A stretch of DNA of 64,000 nucleotides from Candidatus Saccharimonadota bacterium (GTDB lineage Bacteria > Patescibacteriota > Saccharimonadia > Saccharimonadales > JAQGHD01). A program made the translations under genes and the position numbers. The stretch covers positions 22,390 through 86,389 of the forward strand of contig JAQGHD010000008.1 in the NCBI GenBank assembly GCA_028288965.1, read 5' to 3'. Position 1 is the stretch's first letter. Every line of letters starts with the position of its first letter. The notes beneath the pieces are model-generated. The model was not told where the DNA came from, searched no databases, and saw only the letters and a program-made list of their open reading frames with translations. Shown here piece by piece: positions 37,660 to 47,786 of this stretch.

Positions 37660-38996
37660 CCGCCAAGACCAAACCCACCATTTTAATTGTTGTTGGCATC
37701 ACCGGTGATCTCAGTCACCGGAAATTGCTGCCTGCTATTGAGCAAATTGTAAAAGCCCAGGCCGCGCCAGAAAAGTTTGAGGTGGTGGGCATTTCTCGCC
37801 GGGATGTCACGGCGGCCGAAGTTTTAAAAGGCTCGATGGCCGAGGTTCAAAAGGGCTTTTTGAGTAAGCACCTCAACATGTTTCAGATGGACCTATCCAA
37901 TCCGGCCGATTACAACCGGCTAAAGGACTACCTCAAAGAACTAGAAGTCCAGATGGGAGCCCCAGCCCAGCGTTTATTTTACCTGTCAGTTCCGCCCCAG
38001 ATTTCCGAACCAATTATCCGCTGTTTGGGCGAGGTGGGCTTGGCCGAGTCTAGTGACACCAAGCTGCTGCTAGAAAAACCGTTTGGCACAGATCTCACCT
38101 CGGCTCAGGAGCTTATTACCCAAACCCGCAAGTATTTTAAAGAAGAGCAGATTTACCGGATTGATCACTACCTGGCCAAAGATATGGCTCAAAATCTGGT
38201 GGTCTTTCGCGGCGGCAACTCCCTATTTAAGCGCACCTGGAACAAGGACTTTATTGAGCGTATCCAGGTGGTGGCCAGTGAGGCGATAGATATTGAGGGG
38301 CGGACGACTTTTTATGAGCAAACCGGTGCCCTGCGCGATGTGGTCCAAAGCCACCTGTTGCAGCTGGCCGCCCTGACTCTCATGCAGTCGCCGGAAGTCG
38401 GTCAAGTTTCCGAAGTTCCAAAGCACCGGCTAGCGGCCCTTAAGCAGCTGCAGCTACCAGCTGGACAACCTATTACCAACAGCGTCAAGCGGGCCCAGTA
38501 CAAGGGGTACCAGCGTGATGTCAATAACCCCGATAGCCGAACAGAAACCTTTGTGAGCCTGACCCTAGAGTCTCAAGATCCGGCGTGGGCGGGTGTACCA
38601 ATTCAGCTAATTACCGGTAAGAGCCTCAAAGAAAAACTGACGGAAATCCGGATAACCTACAAAAAAGAACAGCAGTTTGAAGCTAACGAGCTGGTGATTA
38701 AGTTCCAGCCACACGAGGAGATTGAGCTGTGTCTGTGGATCAAGGTGCCTGGCTACGAGTGGCGGGTAGAACGCCATTTTCTGCAGCTAGAGTTTAATGA
38801 GCAATTTGGCGAGATCAGGGAAGCCTATGAGCAGGTATTACTGGATGCCATTGTCGGCAACCACACCTTTTTTACCTCTAGCGAAGAGGTGCTGGAAACC
38901 TGGCGCATCCTGCAGCCCATACTGTCCGCCTGGAGCATGCAAGACCAAGACCTCCAGCTGTACCCGCCGGGAACGGATTACCAAGAACTGATGTAG
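37656..38996 (+). CDS. zwf: Glucose-6-phosphate dehydrogenase
   Basis: GITGDLS, EKPFG, YRIDHYLAK, GALRDVVQSHL. Confidence 0.95.
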   Translation: MTAKTKPTILIVVGITGDLSHRKLLPAIEQIVKAQAAPEKFEVVGISRRDVTAAEVLKGSMAEVQKGFLSKHLNMFQMDLSNPADYNRLKDYLKELEVQMGAPAQRLFYLSVPPQISEPIIRCLGEVGLAESSDTKLLLEKPFGTDLTSAQELITQTRKYFKEEQIYRIDHYLAKDMAQNLVVFRGGNSLFKRTWNKDFIERIQVVASEAIDIEGRTTFYEQTGALRDVVQSHLLQLAALTLMQSPEVGQVSEVPKHRLAALKQLQLPAGQPITNSVKRAQYKGYQRDVNNPDSRTETFVSLTLESQDPAWAGVPIQLITGKSLKEKLTEIRITYKKEQQFEANELVIKFQPHEEIELCLWIKVPGYEWRVERHFLQLEFNEQFGEIREAYEQVLLDAIVGNHTFFTSSEEVLETWRILQPILSAWSMQDQDLQLYPPGTDYQELM

Positions 38997-39932
38997 TTAG
39001 TTTACTTTAATGACCACTTTGCCACGGTGTTTGCCCTCTTGAATATAGGCCAACGCTTGGCTGGCTTCTTCCAGCGGAAAAACTTTATCTATTTGGGGTT
39101 TGATGGCGCCTTGGTCCACTAACTCGGCCAGTTTGGTCAGGCGCTCGGTAGTAGTCCGCGTTTGTTGGGCAATGGCCGTGACCTGGTGCTGGGCAGCCAG
39201 TTCTTCATTGGGTTGCTCGGTCATAGAAATCAGTATGCCGCCAGGTTTTAGCACTTGGTAGGATTTGGTATAGGTGTCGCCGCCAACGGTGTCATAGACC
39301 ACGTCGTAATCTTGCAGCAGAGTGGAGAAATCTTGTGATGTGTAGTCAATAACTTCATCGGCGCCCAAGTTTTTTACAAAATCGGCATCATCGGCCGCTG
39401 CGGTCGTGGCCACGTAGGCCTTGAGGTGTTTAGCCAACTGAATTGCATAAGAACCAATCCCGCCGGCCCCACCGTGAATCAGGACTTTCTGGCCAGCCTG
39501 CAAGTTGGCTTCTTCTACCAGTGCTTGATAGGTACTGACTCCGGCCAATGGCAGAGCCGCGGCTGTCACAAAATCCAGTTTTTTAGGCTTAGGAGCTACC
39601 GATTCGGCCTTAACCGGTACAAACTCAGCAAATGAACCCTCGCCGCCCAGAGCGTTGGCCTGGCCGTAGACCTCCATGCCGACGCTTAAGCCATTCACGC
39701 CCTCGCCAAGCTCTTCAATCACGCCGGCAAAGTCACTACCAAGCGTGGCCGGAAACTTCAAAGGAACATAAGCCTGCGCCTGGCCTTCGCGCACTTTCCA
39801 GTCAAAAGGATTAACGGCTGCCGCATGGACTGCCACCAAAACTTGGCCGGCCGCCGCTTTTGGCTTAGGGGCGTCCACGACAGTCTTTAAAACACTTTTA
39901 TCACCATATTCAGTTATTTGGGCCGCTTTCAT
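38997..39932 (-). CDS. NADP-dependent oxidoreductase (MDR, quinone reductase-like)
   Basis: VNPFDWK, IHGGAGGIG, GKVVI. Confidence 0.9.
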   Translation of the reverse strand: MKAAQITEYGDKSVLKTVVDAPKPKAAAGQVLVAVHAAAVNPFDWKVREGQAQAYVPLKFPATLGSDFAGVIEELGEGVNGLSVGMEVYGQANALGGEGSFAEFVPVKAESVAPKPKKLDFVTAAALPLAGVSTYQALVEEANLQAGQKVLIHGGAGGIGSYAIQLAKHLKAYVATTAAADDADFVKNLGADEVIDYTSQDFSTLLQDYDVVYDTVGGDTYTKSYQVLKPGGILISMTEQPNEELAAQHQVTAIAQQTRTTTERLTKLAELVDQGAIKPQIDKVFPLEEASQALAYIQEGKHRGKVVIKVN

Positions 39933-40095
39933 ATGTCTCCTTACTTTTACTATCACTATACCAACATTATTTAAGTACGGGCTGTGAGATTACTGGTTGC
40001 TAAGATCAACGCTGTTGCGAATCATGGAATTTCTAAGGCATAAAAAAACGACTCCTCTTGCGAAGAGCCGTTTGATTACTCCGTTAAGAGTCGAC

Positions 40096-40377
40096 TTATC
40101 GTCCGCCACCAAAGTCGCGGCGAGGTCGATCCTCACGAGGACGTGCTTCGTTAACCGTAATAGTACGGCCACCAAGATCACTGTTGTTTAGAGCTTGTTC
40201 AGCTGCCTTGCCTTCGTCATCGCTTTCGAATTCGACAAAGCCAAAACCTTTGCTGCGACCGCTGTCGCGGTCCTTGATAACCGTAGCGCTAGCTACAGTA
40301 CCGTGTTGAGCAAAGAGCTGCTGGAGCTCATCGTCGGTGGTGCTAAAGGGCAAGCCACCTACAAATAACTTGTACAT
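40096..40377 (-). CDS. RRM RNA-binding protein
   Basis: RNP2 LFVGGL, RNP1 KGFGFVEF, VNEARPRE. Confidence 0.95.
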   Translation of the reverse strand: MYKLFVGGLPFSTTDDELQQLFAQHGTVASATVIKDRDSGRSKGFGFVEFESDDEGKAAEQALNNSDLGGRTITVNEARPREDRPRRDFGGGR

Positions 40378-40567
40378 GTATGTAATTTCCTTGATTACTT
40401 GTCTCAGGTACGACCTACTTACTGGCTTGGACAAAGACTCGAACTGACCCGAAAACCTTGAATCAAGGGGTGTCTATCGAACTTTCTCGTGTTAAGAACA
40501 GTGAAGATTCCTGCCGCGGTATTTAACTATAAAACGCTCACGAAAGCAAGCTATTTATATATACTTA

Positions 40568-40595
40568 TTGACAAAAAAGCAAAACTGTGTATAAT
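40568..40595 (+). promoter_or_regulatory. Consensus sigma70 promoter TTGACA-N16-TATAAT
   Basis: Both hexamers perfect. Confidence 0.8.
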
Positions 40596-40817
40596 AGTAG
40601 ATGTTGTCATGACAAAACAAACACTACAAATTAACATTTCGTTTCCAGTCTTAAAGGCTTCTTAGGGGTTTACTAACCACTTTGAAACGTTAGGGACTTG
40701 GGCACTTGGAGGGATCAGTGTCACGTAATAACGGCAGTTTGAGCTACGAGCTTGAACCCACAACCAATAAAGAAATTCTTGACGTCGACTCAATCATAGC
40801 TCGGCTGTAAGAATTCC

Positions 40818-40847
40818 AAAAACCCGCTTTAACCGGCGGGTTTTTTT
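40818..40847 (+). terminator. Intrinsic terminator
   Basis: AAAAACCCGC...GCGGGTTTTTTT. Confidence 0.85.
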
Positions 40848-41080
40848 AATGGCTCAGCGCTTTAGGGACAAAATGCTCATGGTCGGTGTAACGACACTAG
40901 GCAACAGATACGAATCGTGGTATATTTCACCATGCCTTCACATGATATAGTTTGTTCCAGTTTTCCAAACCAAGGAGTCGACTTGTTCGACTCGACTGTT
41001 TGGAAAACTGAGAGGAAGGGCCGACTAGAGCGTGTAGTTCGCCGTCTAGGTGAACGAAAGGCGACCGTCGGTTCTGACGC

Positions 41081-41157
41081 GGCAGGGTAGCTCAGTTGGT
41101 TAGAGCACAGGACTCATAAGCCTGGGGTCGCGAGTTCAAATCTCGCCCCTGCTACCA
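41081..41157 (+). tRNA. tRNA-Met(CAT), probably elongator
   Basis: Cloverleaf GGCAGGG...CTCATAA...TTCAAAT...CCCTGCTACCA. Confidence 0.92.
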
Positions 41158-41172
41158 AGTTTAGGAATTATG

Positions 41173-41195
41173 GCTTCCAGAAACGGAGGCTTTTT
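41173..41195 (+). terminator. Terminator after tRNA
   Basis: GCTTCC/GGAGGC stem plus T5. Confidence 0.7.
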
Positions 41196-41314
41196 ATTAT
41201 GCTGGTGCTTGCGGTGTACAGCTACTCATTCACGCGGACGCTGTCCGGTGGTCATCTAGCATGTCAAGGTGCAGGCCTTGCTGCTGCCTATATTTAGCAA
41301 CAAGTTGCGCAGAG

Positions 41315-41890
41315 TTAGCCGCAGACGAAGTTGATGATGCCTTTTATTTGACCGAGCATATTAGAGCGGGGACAGTTGGAGTACACGCCAAAATCGGCCT
41401 GCTGCATAATTCGTAAGTCGTGGTAGCCACAAGGATTTGGGCTATCGTAATCGGGATACTCAGCTTCAAGAAATTCGGCTTGAGACATGGGGACTACACC
41501 CGGCATATCTTTTTCTACCGTTCGTTTGTACCTAACTTCTGCTGGGCACCAAATAGCTACCACACAGGTTTTAATAAGAGGGCTAGCAGCCTTGTAGCGT
41601 AAATAGTCGGCGTAATTATGGATGCCACCTTGTAAAAGAGTTGGGCTGCGCTCTACGCTTTGCAAGACTAATTGGGCCAAGGCATCGGTGCCGTTGCGGT
41701 GCCTAAGCTCGCGCTCGTACGACCGGTAGTCGGCGGGGGTGGTAAGCTGTTTATTTGTCTTGGCAGCGTCGTCACGCAACATGTCGCTTGGATTAAGTGC
41801 GTAGCAATCTGAGTAAAACGCATCGCGGCTGGCTGTGCTTTCACCGCCTTTTGGATTGGCCGCAAACACAATTAATACTTTTTCGTTCAT
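41315..41890 (-). CDS. Divergent P-loop NMP/dephospho-CoA kinase-like protein
   Basis: Degenerate P-loop ANPKGGEST; SDMLRD; P.EVRYKR; ADF.V.N. Confidence 0.55.
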   Translation of the reverse strand: MNEKVLIVFAANPKGGESTASRDAFYSDCYALNPSDMLRDDAAKTNKQLTTPADYRSYERELRHRNGTDALAQLVLQSVERSPTLLQGGIHNYADYLRYKAASPLIKTCVVAIWCPAEVRYKRTVEKDMPGVVPMSQAEFLEAEYPDYDSPNPCGYHDLRIMQQADFGVYSNCPRSNMLGQIKGIINFVCG

Positions 41891-41999
41891 ACCCAAACGT
41901 ACAAATATACAGGCAGCCCATTGCTATAGAAGTGAGATTTTCGCTTTACGCCTGTGCATGCCCCTCACATTCTAGGGAGCTAACTGATAAGATTAAAGC

Positions 42000-42887
42000 A
42001 TGATCGATACGCTTGACCCAGGTACGTACGTGGTAGCCGTTTCTGGTGGAGTGGATTCCGTAAGTTTGCTGCATGTGTTGGCCCAGCAGCCTCATCTCTC
42101 CCTGATTGTGGCCCATTTTGATCATGGTATTCGCCCGGATTCTCGGGCTGATCGAGAGCATGTGCAATTGCTAGCCAGTAACTGGGGCCTGCCATTTGTT
42201 TACGACGAGGTGCATCTGGGTCCAGCTACCAGTGAAGAAGCAGCCCGCAAAGCTCGCTACACGTTTTTGGAGCGAGTCCGCCAGGCTAGTCGCGCCCAAG
42301 CTATTATTACGGCGCATCATCAAGATGATGTGCTGGAAACAGCCATTCATAATATGCGGCGCGGTACTGGTCGGCGCGGTCTTACTTCACTAGCCAGTCA
42401 CGGCCCACTACATCGGCCGCTGTTGCAGGTTCCCAAATGGAAAATTATCGATTACGCCCTGGAGCATAAACTGGATTGGCATGAAGATAGCACCAATGCT
42501 GATACTCGCTACGCCCGCAACTATATTCGTCATAATATTGTTAAAAAATTAAACTACGAGCAACGTGCTCAATTGCTTAAACTAATTCAGGCCACCCTGC
42601 AACTGAACACAGAGATTGAGCAATTACTCATCAATCAACTGCACGTCCAACCGGCGCCCAATAGGCTGGCACGACACTGGTTTATCATGCTGCCGCACGC
42701 TGTGGCCAAAGAAGCTTTGGCGCAATGGCTCAGACAAAACGGGATACGCAGCTACGATAAACCAACGCTTGAGCGGCTAGTTATTGCCGGTAAAACAGCG
42801 TTACCTGGTAAAATAGTAGACGTTAACGGTGAGTATCAACTGCTTGTAGAAAAGAGTATATTAGCACTCAAGCACCGAGACCGCTAG
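42000..42887 (+). CDS. tilS: tRNA(Ile)-lysidine synthetase
   Basis: AVSGGVDS, HFDHGIR, EEAARKARY, AHHQDD..ET, EDSTN, RNYIR. Confidence 0.95.
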   Translation: MIDTLDPGTYVVAVSGGVDSVSLLHVLAQQPHLSLIVAHFDHGIRPDSRADREHVQLLASNWGLPFVYDEVHLGPATSEEAARKARYTFLERVRQASRAQAIITAHHQDDVLETAIHNMRRGTGRRGLTSLASHGPLHRPLLQVPKWKIIDYALEHKLDWHEDSTNADTRYARNYIRHNIVKKLNYEQRAQLLKLIQATLQLNTEIEQLLINQLHVQPAPNRLARHWFIMLPHAVAKEALAQWLRQNGIRSYDKPTLERLVIAGKTALPGKIVDVNGEYQLLVEKSILALKHRDR

Positions 42888-42924
42888 AATTTGTGCGCCA
42901 GACTTTGTATAATAAGAGGTACAT

Positions 42925-44793
42925 ATGGATAGGAAACCATTTCGAGGTAAAGCACCAAAGAGTGATAAAGGGCGTAGAGGCTTTAAAAACATTGGCTTCG
43001 TAGCGCTGCTTATATTAATTGGACTGATTGTTTTTGCGTCCTTGAGTCAGCCCAGTAATTTAAAAGACATTCCGTTTTCTCAGGTTATCGAACGCGCCAA
43101 TAGCGGCACCATAAAAGAGATTGATATTTCTGGCAATGATTTGACGGTTACTGAAAAAGGCCAAGATAAACCCACTGAAAAATCCCATAAAGAACCTGGC
43201 TCCAGTATCTATGAGCAGGGGCTTAAGAATCGTGACGTGGTGGTCAATGTAAAACCAGGATCAAGTGCTGGCAGCACCTGGGCCAATATAGGGATTTCTA
43301 TTTTGCCGGTGCTGGTCATTAGCCTAGTACTGTTCTTTATGCTGAGGAGCGCCCAAGGTCAGGGTAACCAAGCCCTGAGTTTTGGTAAGAGCCGAGCCCG
43401 ACTCTACGGCAACGAACGCGAGAAAGTCACTTTTGCTGAAGTTGCTGGGAGTGATGAAGCTAAGCAGGACCTCCAAGAAGTTGTCGAGTTTTTGAAGTAC
43501 CCCAAAAAGTTTGAATCGGTCGGGGCCAAAATTCCTAAAGGTGTATTGCTAGTAGGCCCGCCAGGTACCGGTAAAACTATGTTAGCCCGCGCTGTGGCTG
43601 GCGAAGCCAATGCGCCGTTCTTTAGTATTTCTGGTAGTGAGTTTGTGGAAATGTTTGTCGGTGTGGGGGCCAGCCGGGTTCGTGATTTATTTGCCAAAGC
43701 CAAAAAGAATGCCCCGTGCATTATCTTTATAGATGAAATTGATGCTGTGGGACGCCGCCGTGGTAGTGGTATGGGTGGTGGCCACGACGAGCGTGAGCAA
43801 ACCCTGAACCAAATTTTGGTAGAAATGGACGGTTTTGAGCAAGGCACCAATGTCATAGTACTAGCGGCCACCAACCGCGCCGATGTGCTAGATCCGGCTC
43901 TGCTGCGCCCAGGCCGTTTTGACCGCCGGGTAAACATCGACCTGCCAGACCGCAAGGACCGTGAAGCTATACTTAAGGTGCACTTTGCCAAGAAGCCGCT
44001 GGCCAAGAACGTAGACCTTGATGCCTTAGCGGCCAAGAGCGCCGGTTCGGCCGGTGCCGATCTGGCTAACATCGCCAACGAGGCCGCTATTATTGCCGCT
44101 CGCCACAACCGCCGCGAAATCTCCCAAGAAGATGTCACTCAAGCGTTTGAAAAAGTGGCCATTGGACCAGAGCGCCGCAGCAAAATTATGAGTGACAAAG
44201 AAAAAGAAATCACCGCTTATCACGAAGCTGGGCACGCCCTGGTGGGACACGTTTTGCCGGACAGTGATGTGGTGCACAAGGTGACAATTATTCCGCGTGG
44301 TGGCACCGGCGGCGTTACCTGGTTTATTCCCCCAGAAGATAAAAGTTACCACAGCGTCATTGAGTACAAGGACGTACTAGCCCGTATGCTGGGTGGCCGT
44401 ATTGCCGAGGAAGTAATGTTCGGTGCAGACCGAGTGACCACTGGTGCTGGCAATGACTTGCAAAAAGCTGCTGAGCTGGCTCGCGATATGGTTATGAACC
44501 AAGGCATGGGCCAAAAGCTACGTGACCAAGTTTTCCAAGTAGATGAGGGCATGATGCTCGAGCGCCTGGTGCACGAGCGCACCTACAGTGACGAAACAGC
44601 CAAGATCATTGATGACGAAGTCGAGAATCTAATTACCGAAGCTGCCAAACGCGCCAAGTTGGTCATCAGGTCAAACCTGGATAAATTAGAAGCGCTTAAG
44701 AAACGCTTGTTAGAGAAAGAAACCATCGAAGCTGCCGAGGCCAATGAGCTACTCAAAGGCTCAATCATGCCCAAAGCCGCAGCATTATACTAA
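42925..44793 (+). CDS. ftsH: ATP-dependent zinc metalloprotease FtsH
   Basis: Two TMs, [16 protein letters not shown]. Confidence 0.98.
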   Translation: MDRKPFRGKAPKSDKGRRGFKNIGFVALLILIGLIVFASLSQPSNLKDIPFSQVIERANSGTIKEIDISGNDLTVTEKGQDKPTEKSHKEPGSSIYEQGLKNRDVVVNVKPGSSAGSTWANIGISILPVLVISLVLFFMLRSAQGQGNQALSFGKSRARLYGNEREKVTFAEVAGSDEAKQDLQEVVEFLKYPKKFESVGAKIPKGVLLVGPPGTGKTMLARAVAGEANAPFFSISGSEFVEMFVGVGASRVRDLFAKAKKNAPCIIFIDEIDAVGRRRGSGMGGGHDEREQTLNQILVEMDGFEQGTNVIVLAATNRADVLDPALLRPGRFDRRVNIDLPDRKDREAILKVHFAKKPLAKNVDLDALAAKSAGSAGADLANIANEAAIIAARHNRREISQEDVTQAFEKVAIGPERRSKIMSDKEKEITAYHEAGHALVGHVLPDSDVVHKVTIIPRGGTGGVTWFIPPEDKSYHSVIEYKDVLARMLGGRIAEEVMFGADRVTTGAGNDLQKAAELARDMVMNQGMGQKLRDQVFQVDEGMMLERLVHERTYSDETAKIIDDEVENLITEAAKRAKLVIRSNLDKLEALKKRLLEKETIEAAEANELLKGSIMPKAAALY

Positions 44794-44828
44794 CCAGCAA
44801 AATATGGTGCCACGCCGTCTACCTAAGT

Positions 44829-45022
44829 AATTGCCCGGCAATTCAGATAGATGCCATGAAAACACTATGGCTCCCTAGGCTGGTCTTTACCGCGCCGGCA
44901 GAACGCAAGCGGTTTCGCTCCAAAAATTAAAGGAGGAGCGAAACACACTGCCGCCTTTATTCGGTAAATCCCAGCCTGAGTCGCCTCGGTTTTCCTGAGT
45001 CTATCTGAATTGCCGGGCAATT
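44829..45022. mobile_element. MITE-like element with perfect 23-bp terminal inverted repeats
   Basis: AATTGCCCGGCAATTCAGATAGA at 44829-44851 and its exact reverse complement at 45000-45022; no ORF in the track. Confidence 0.6.
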
Positions 45023-45088
45023 TTTAAGTAGTAAAGATGGGTGATTTAAAGGGCGGTTTTGCAGCCGGTAGTTTATAATTACTGCTTA

Positions 45089-46681
45089 ATGGATCGCTTC
45101 ATAAAACGCGCTAATACTCGAATTTCACTTGGTGGCGCGGCAGCTCTACTTATATCAACCTCTATGTTCGGGCAGATCCTGGGGTTTTTACGTATCAAGT
45201 TGGTGAATGCTAACTTTTCAGCCCTGGGGCCACAGAGCACCGACGCTTATTTTGCGGCCTTTAAAATTCCTGATTTCTTTTTCTTTACTCTAGCAGCCGG
45301 AGCCTTAGGTGTGGCCTTTATGCCGATTTTGTCGGATCACATTCATAGAGGTGATAGAAAAGGCGTCTGGGATCTGACCTCTAGCCTGATGAATCTCTTG
45401 ACTATTATTATGGCGGGCGTAGCCGTCATTATTTTGATTTTTGCGCCGCAACTGCTGCACTACATTGTGGCCCCAAAATTGACTCCCGAGCAATTGCATA
45501 ACGCCGCCAGCATTATGCGGCTGATTGCTCTTAATCCTTTGCTCTTTACGCTATCGGGCATTTTAGTCAGTGTGCAACAAACATACGGGCGGTTCTTTTT
45601 TTATGCCATAGCCCCACTGTTTTATAACGCTTCAATCATTATGAGCATCTTTGTCTTCAAAAATAACTGGGGACTGATTGGTCTTGGGCTGGGTGCCTTG
45701 ATTGGTGCCCTGCTGCAACTGACAATTGCATTCTTAGGCATTGCCGGCATGGGCTTTAAATATTGGCCAAAAATTAATTGGCGTAGTAGTGACTTCCGAC
45801 TGATATTAAAGCAACTACCGCCTCGATCAGTGGATCAAGGAATTGATTCTATTAACAGTATTGTGGAGACCAACTTTGCCCGTCGGCTGGGGGAGGGAAA
45901 TATCAGTTTTTACGAAAATGCCTATATGCTGCACACAGCGCCAATTCTGCTTATTGGTACCAGTGTGTCCACGGCAGCCTTTCCGCGCCTAACGGCCAGA
46001 TTGTCCCAAAACAGGCCGGACTTATTTCGTAAAGAATTCTTACAGGTGCTGCGGGCTATGGTTTGGATCATTATGCCGGTGGTGGTCATCAGCTACTTTG
46101 CCCGTGGTTATTTGGCGCGTTTGATTTTTGCTAAAGATGCACCAGAAATTGCTCTGATTTTTGGCTACCTCACAGGTGCCATATTTTTTAGGACCATTTA
46201 CGCCATTATCTCGCGTTATTTTTATGCCCATAAAGATACCAAAACGCCATTGTTTGTATCACTGTTTGCAATTGGACTGAATATTCTACTGGCTTGGCGA
46301 TTGTCCCGTTCCACCTCGTACGGGGTGGCGGGCTTGGCGCTAGCGGAATCCTTCGTGGCTTTAGGCGAAGTGGTTATACTATCGCTCGTAATGGTCGTCC
46401 GCGATCCCAAGCTACTGGATAAAACCTTTTGGGGTGGCATTGTCAGGATCTTATCGGTCACCGGCTTTAGCGTCCTGGCCGCCTTTATTATGGTTTCTAT
46501 CTTGCCGCTCAATATTGCTGATCGCGGCTTTGTAACACTTGGTACTAAGCTGACGCTCATAGCGGGGGTTACTATTTTGGTTCATGTAAGTATCTCGTAC
46601 TTATTTGATCTAGAAGAGGCTCGGCCAATCATTGATAAACTCAAGCGAATTATTCTTCGGCCTATTAAGGTTCAGTTGTAA
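45089..46681 (+). CDS. murJ: Lipid II flippase MurJ (MviN)
   Basis: LGFLR, DAYFAAFKIPD, STAAFPRL, FYAHKDTKTP. Confidence 0.93.
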   Translation: MDRFIKRANTRISLGGAAALLISTSMFGQILGFLRIKLVNANFSALGPQSTDAYFAAFKIPDFFFFTLAAGALGVAFMPILSDHIHRGDRKGVWDLTSSLMNLLTIIMAGVAVIILIFAPQLLHYIVAPKLTPEQLHNAASIMRLIALNPLLFTLSGILVSVQQTYGRFFFYAIAPLFYNASIIMSIFVFKNNWGLIGLGLGALIGALLQLTIAFLGIAGMGFKYWPKINWRSSDFRLILKQLPPRSVDQGIDSINSIVETNFARRLGEGNISFYENAYMLHTAPILLIGTSVSTAAFPRLTARLSQNRPDLFRKEFLQVLRAMVWIIMPVVVISYFARGYLARLIFAKDAPEIALIFGYLTGAIFFRTIYAIISRYFYAHKDTKTPLFVSLFAIGLNILLAWRLSRSTSYGVAGLALAESFVALGEVVILSLVMVVRDPKLLDKTFWGGIVRILSVTGFSVLAAFIMVSILPLNIADRGFVTLGTKLTLIAGVTILVHVSISYLFDLEEARPIIDKLKRIILRPIKVQL

Positions 46682-46740
46682 CCGTTGTTTTAGTAGGTGT
46701 TTTGCCCTATGCTGAATAAAAGCATAAGCAAGGAAAACAT

Positions 46741-47052
46741 ATGAGGAAAAACCAAGCCGGGTTCAGTGTTGTAGAAGGACTACTGGTGCTGATTATTATT
46801 GCCATTATTGGGTTTATTGGTTGGTATGTACTTAAGGCCAAAAACAAAACCACCACGAGTTATAACAATACCAATTCCAGCACATCTGCCGTAGCCTCTA
46901 AAGCTACCTCGTCGAGCGCTACAGATAACACAAGTTTGGATAAAGATTTATCAGATGCCAACGGCAGCCTAACCCAGGGCAACCAGAACCTGAGTTCGGC
47001 AGATGCGTCCCTAAACGATCAGAGCCGTCAAGTAACGGTACCAACGGAGTAA
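46741..47052 (+). CDS. Short type IV pilin-like protein
   Basis: QAG|FSVVEGLLVLIIIAIIGFIGWYV, same N-terminus as the cassette pilins. Confidence 0.8.
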   Translation: MRKNQAGFSVVEGLLVLIIIAIIGFIGWYVLKAKNKTTTSYNNTNSSTSAVASKATSSSATDNTSLDKDLSDANGSLTQGNQNLSSADASLNDQSRQVTVPTE

Positions 47053-47056
47053 TGCC

Positions 47057-47782
47057 ATGAAAAAGAAGTTCTCCTCCAAAATCATATATATCAGCGCCGT
47101 GTTAGTTGGTTCAAGTTTGTTGGCCGCTCCAGCTTTAGCCGCAAGAGCAGCTACAGCCTCGAGCGATGCCGCTCTGACCACCGCTCAGCAGCAACGACTG
47201 GACAACATTAAAACTCGCGGCGCCAACGAAATTAATCGCCGGCTTACGGCACTCAATAATGTACTTGGCCGAATAAGCTCCGCTTCTAAATTATCTGCGG
47301 AGAATAAAGCCACGCTCACCACCGCCGTAAAAGATGAAGTGACCGGACTCACTACGCTTAAATCTAAATTAGCAGCCGACACCGCACTGGATGCAGCCAA
47401 AGCCGATGCCCAAAGCGTCATTAATGATTACCGAGTATATGCCTTGCTGCTTCCAAAAGTTTGGCTCCTACGAGCTGTAGATGCCGAGCAGGTCAGTGAG
47501 GACAAGTTGACAGCCCTAGCCACCAAGCTAAAAACTCGGATTGATGCCGCTAAGCCCCCAGTGCCTGATGCCCAAACTAAACTTGATGATATGAATGCTA
47601 AAATTGCCGCCGCCAAAACCATTACCACTAATCTAGAGGCAAAACTTTTGCCCTTGCAACCCACCGACTACAATAGCGATCACACGGTATTAAGTGGCTC
47701 GCTAGCCCAAATTAAGCAAGCTCACACTGACAACAAAGCTGCTTATGATGATGCCAAGGCTATTCGGGCGGCCTTAAAATAA
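47057..47782 (+). CDS. Secreted alpha-helical protein
   Basis: Signal peptide; EINRRL...DYRVYALLLPK. Confidence 0.75.
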   Translation: MKKKFSSKIIYISAVLVGSSLLAAPALAARAATASSDAALTTAQQQRLDNIKTRGANEINRRLTALNNVLGRISSASKLSAENKATLTTAVKDEVTGLTTLKSKLAADTALDAAKADAQSVINDYRVYALLLPKVWLLRAVDAEQVSEDKLTALATKLKTRIDAAKPPVPDAQTKLDDMNAKIAAAKTITTNLEAKLLPLQPTDYNSDHTVLSGSLAQIKQAHTDNKAAYDDAKAIRAALK

Positions 47783-47786
47783 GCGC

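Noticed and set aside
36095..38996. pgl-gnd-zwf operon as a novelty
   Set aside because: Ordinary oxidative pentose phosphate genes; listed as features only
40600..41080. tmRNA, SRP RNA or T-box in the non-coding gap
   Set aside because: No tRNA-Ala-like ends or convincing tag peptide, no SRP helix-8 motif, no T-box consensus found by eye; kept only as unclassified RNA candidates
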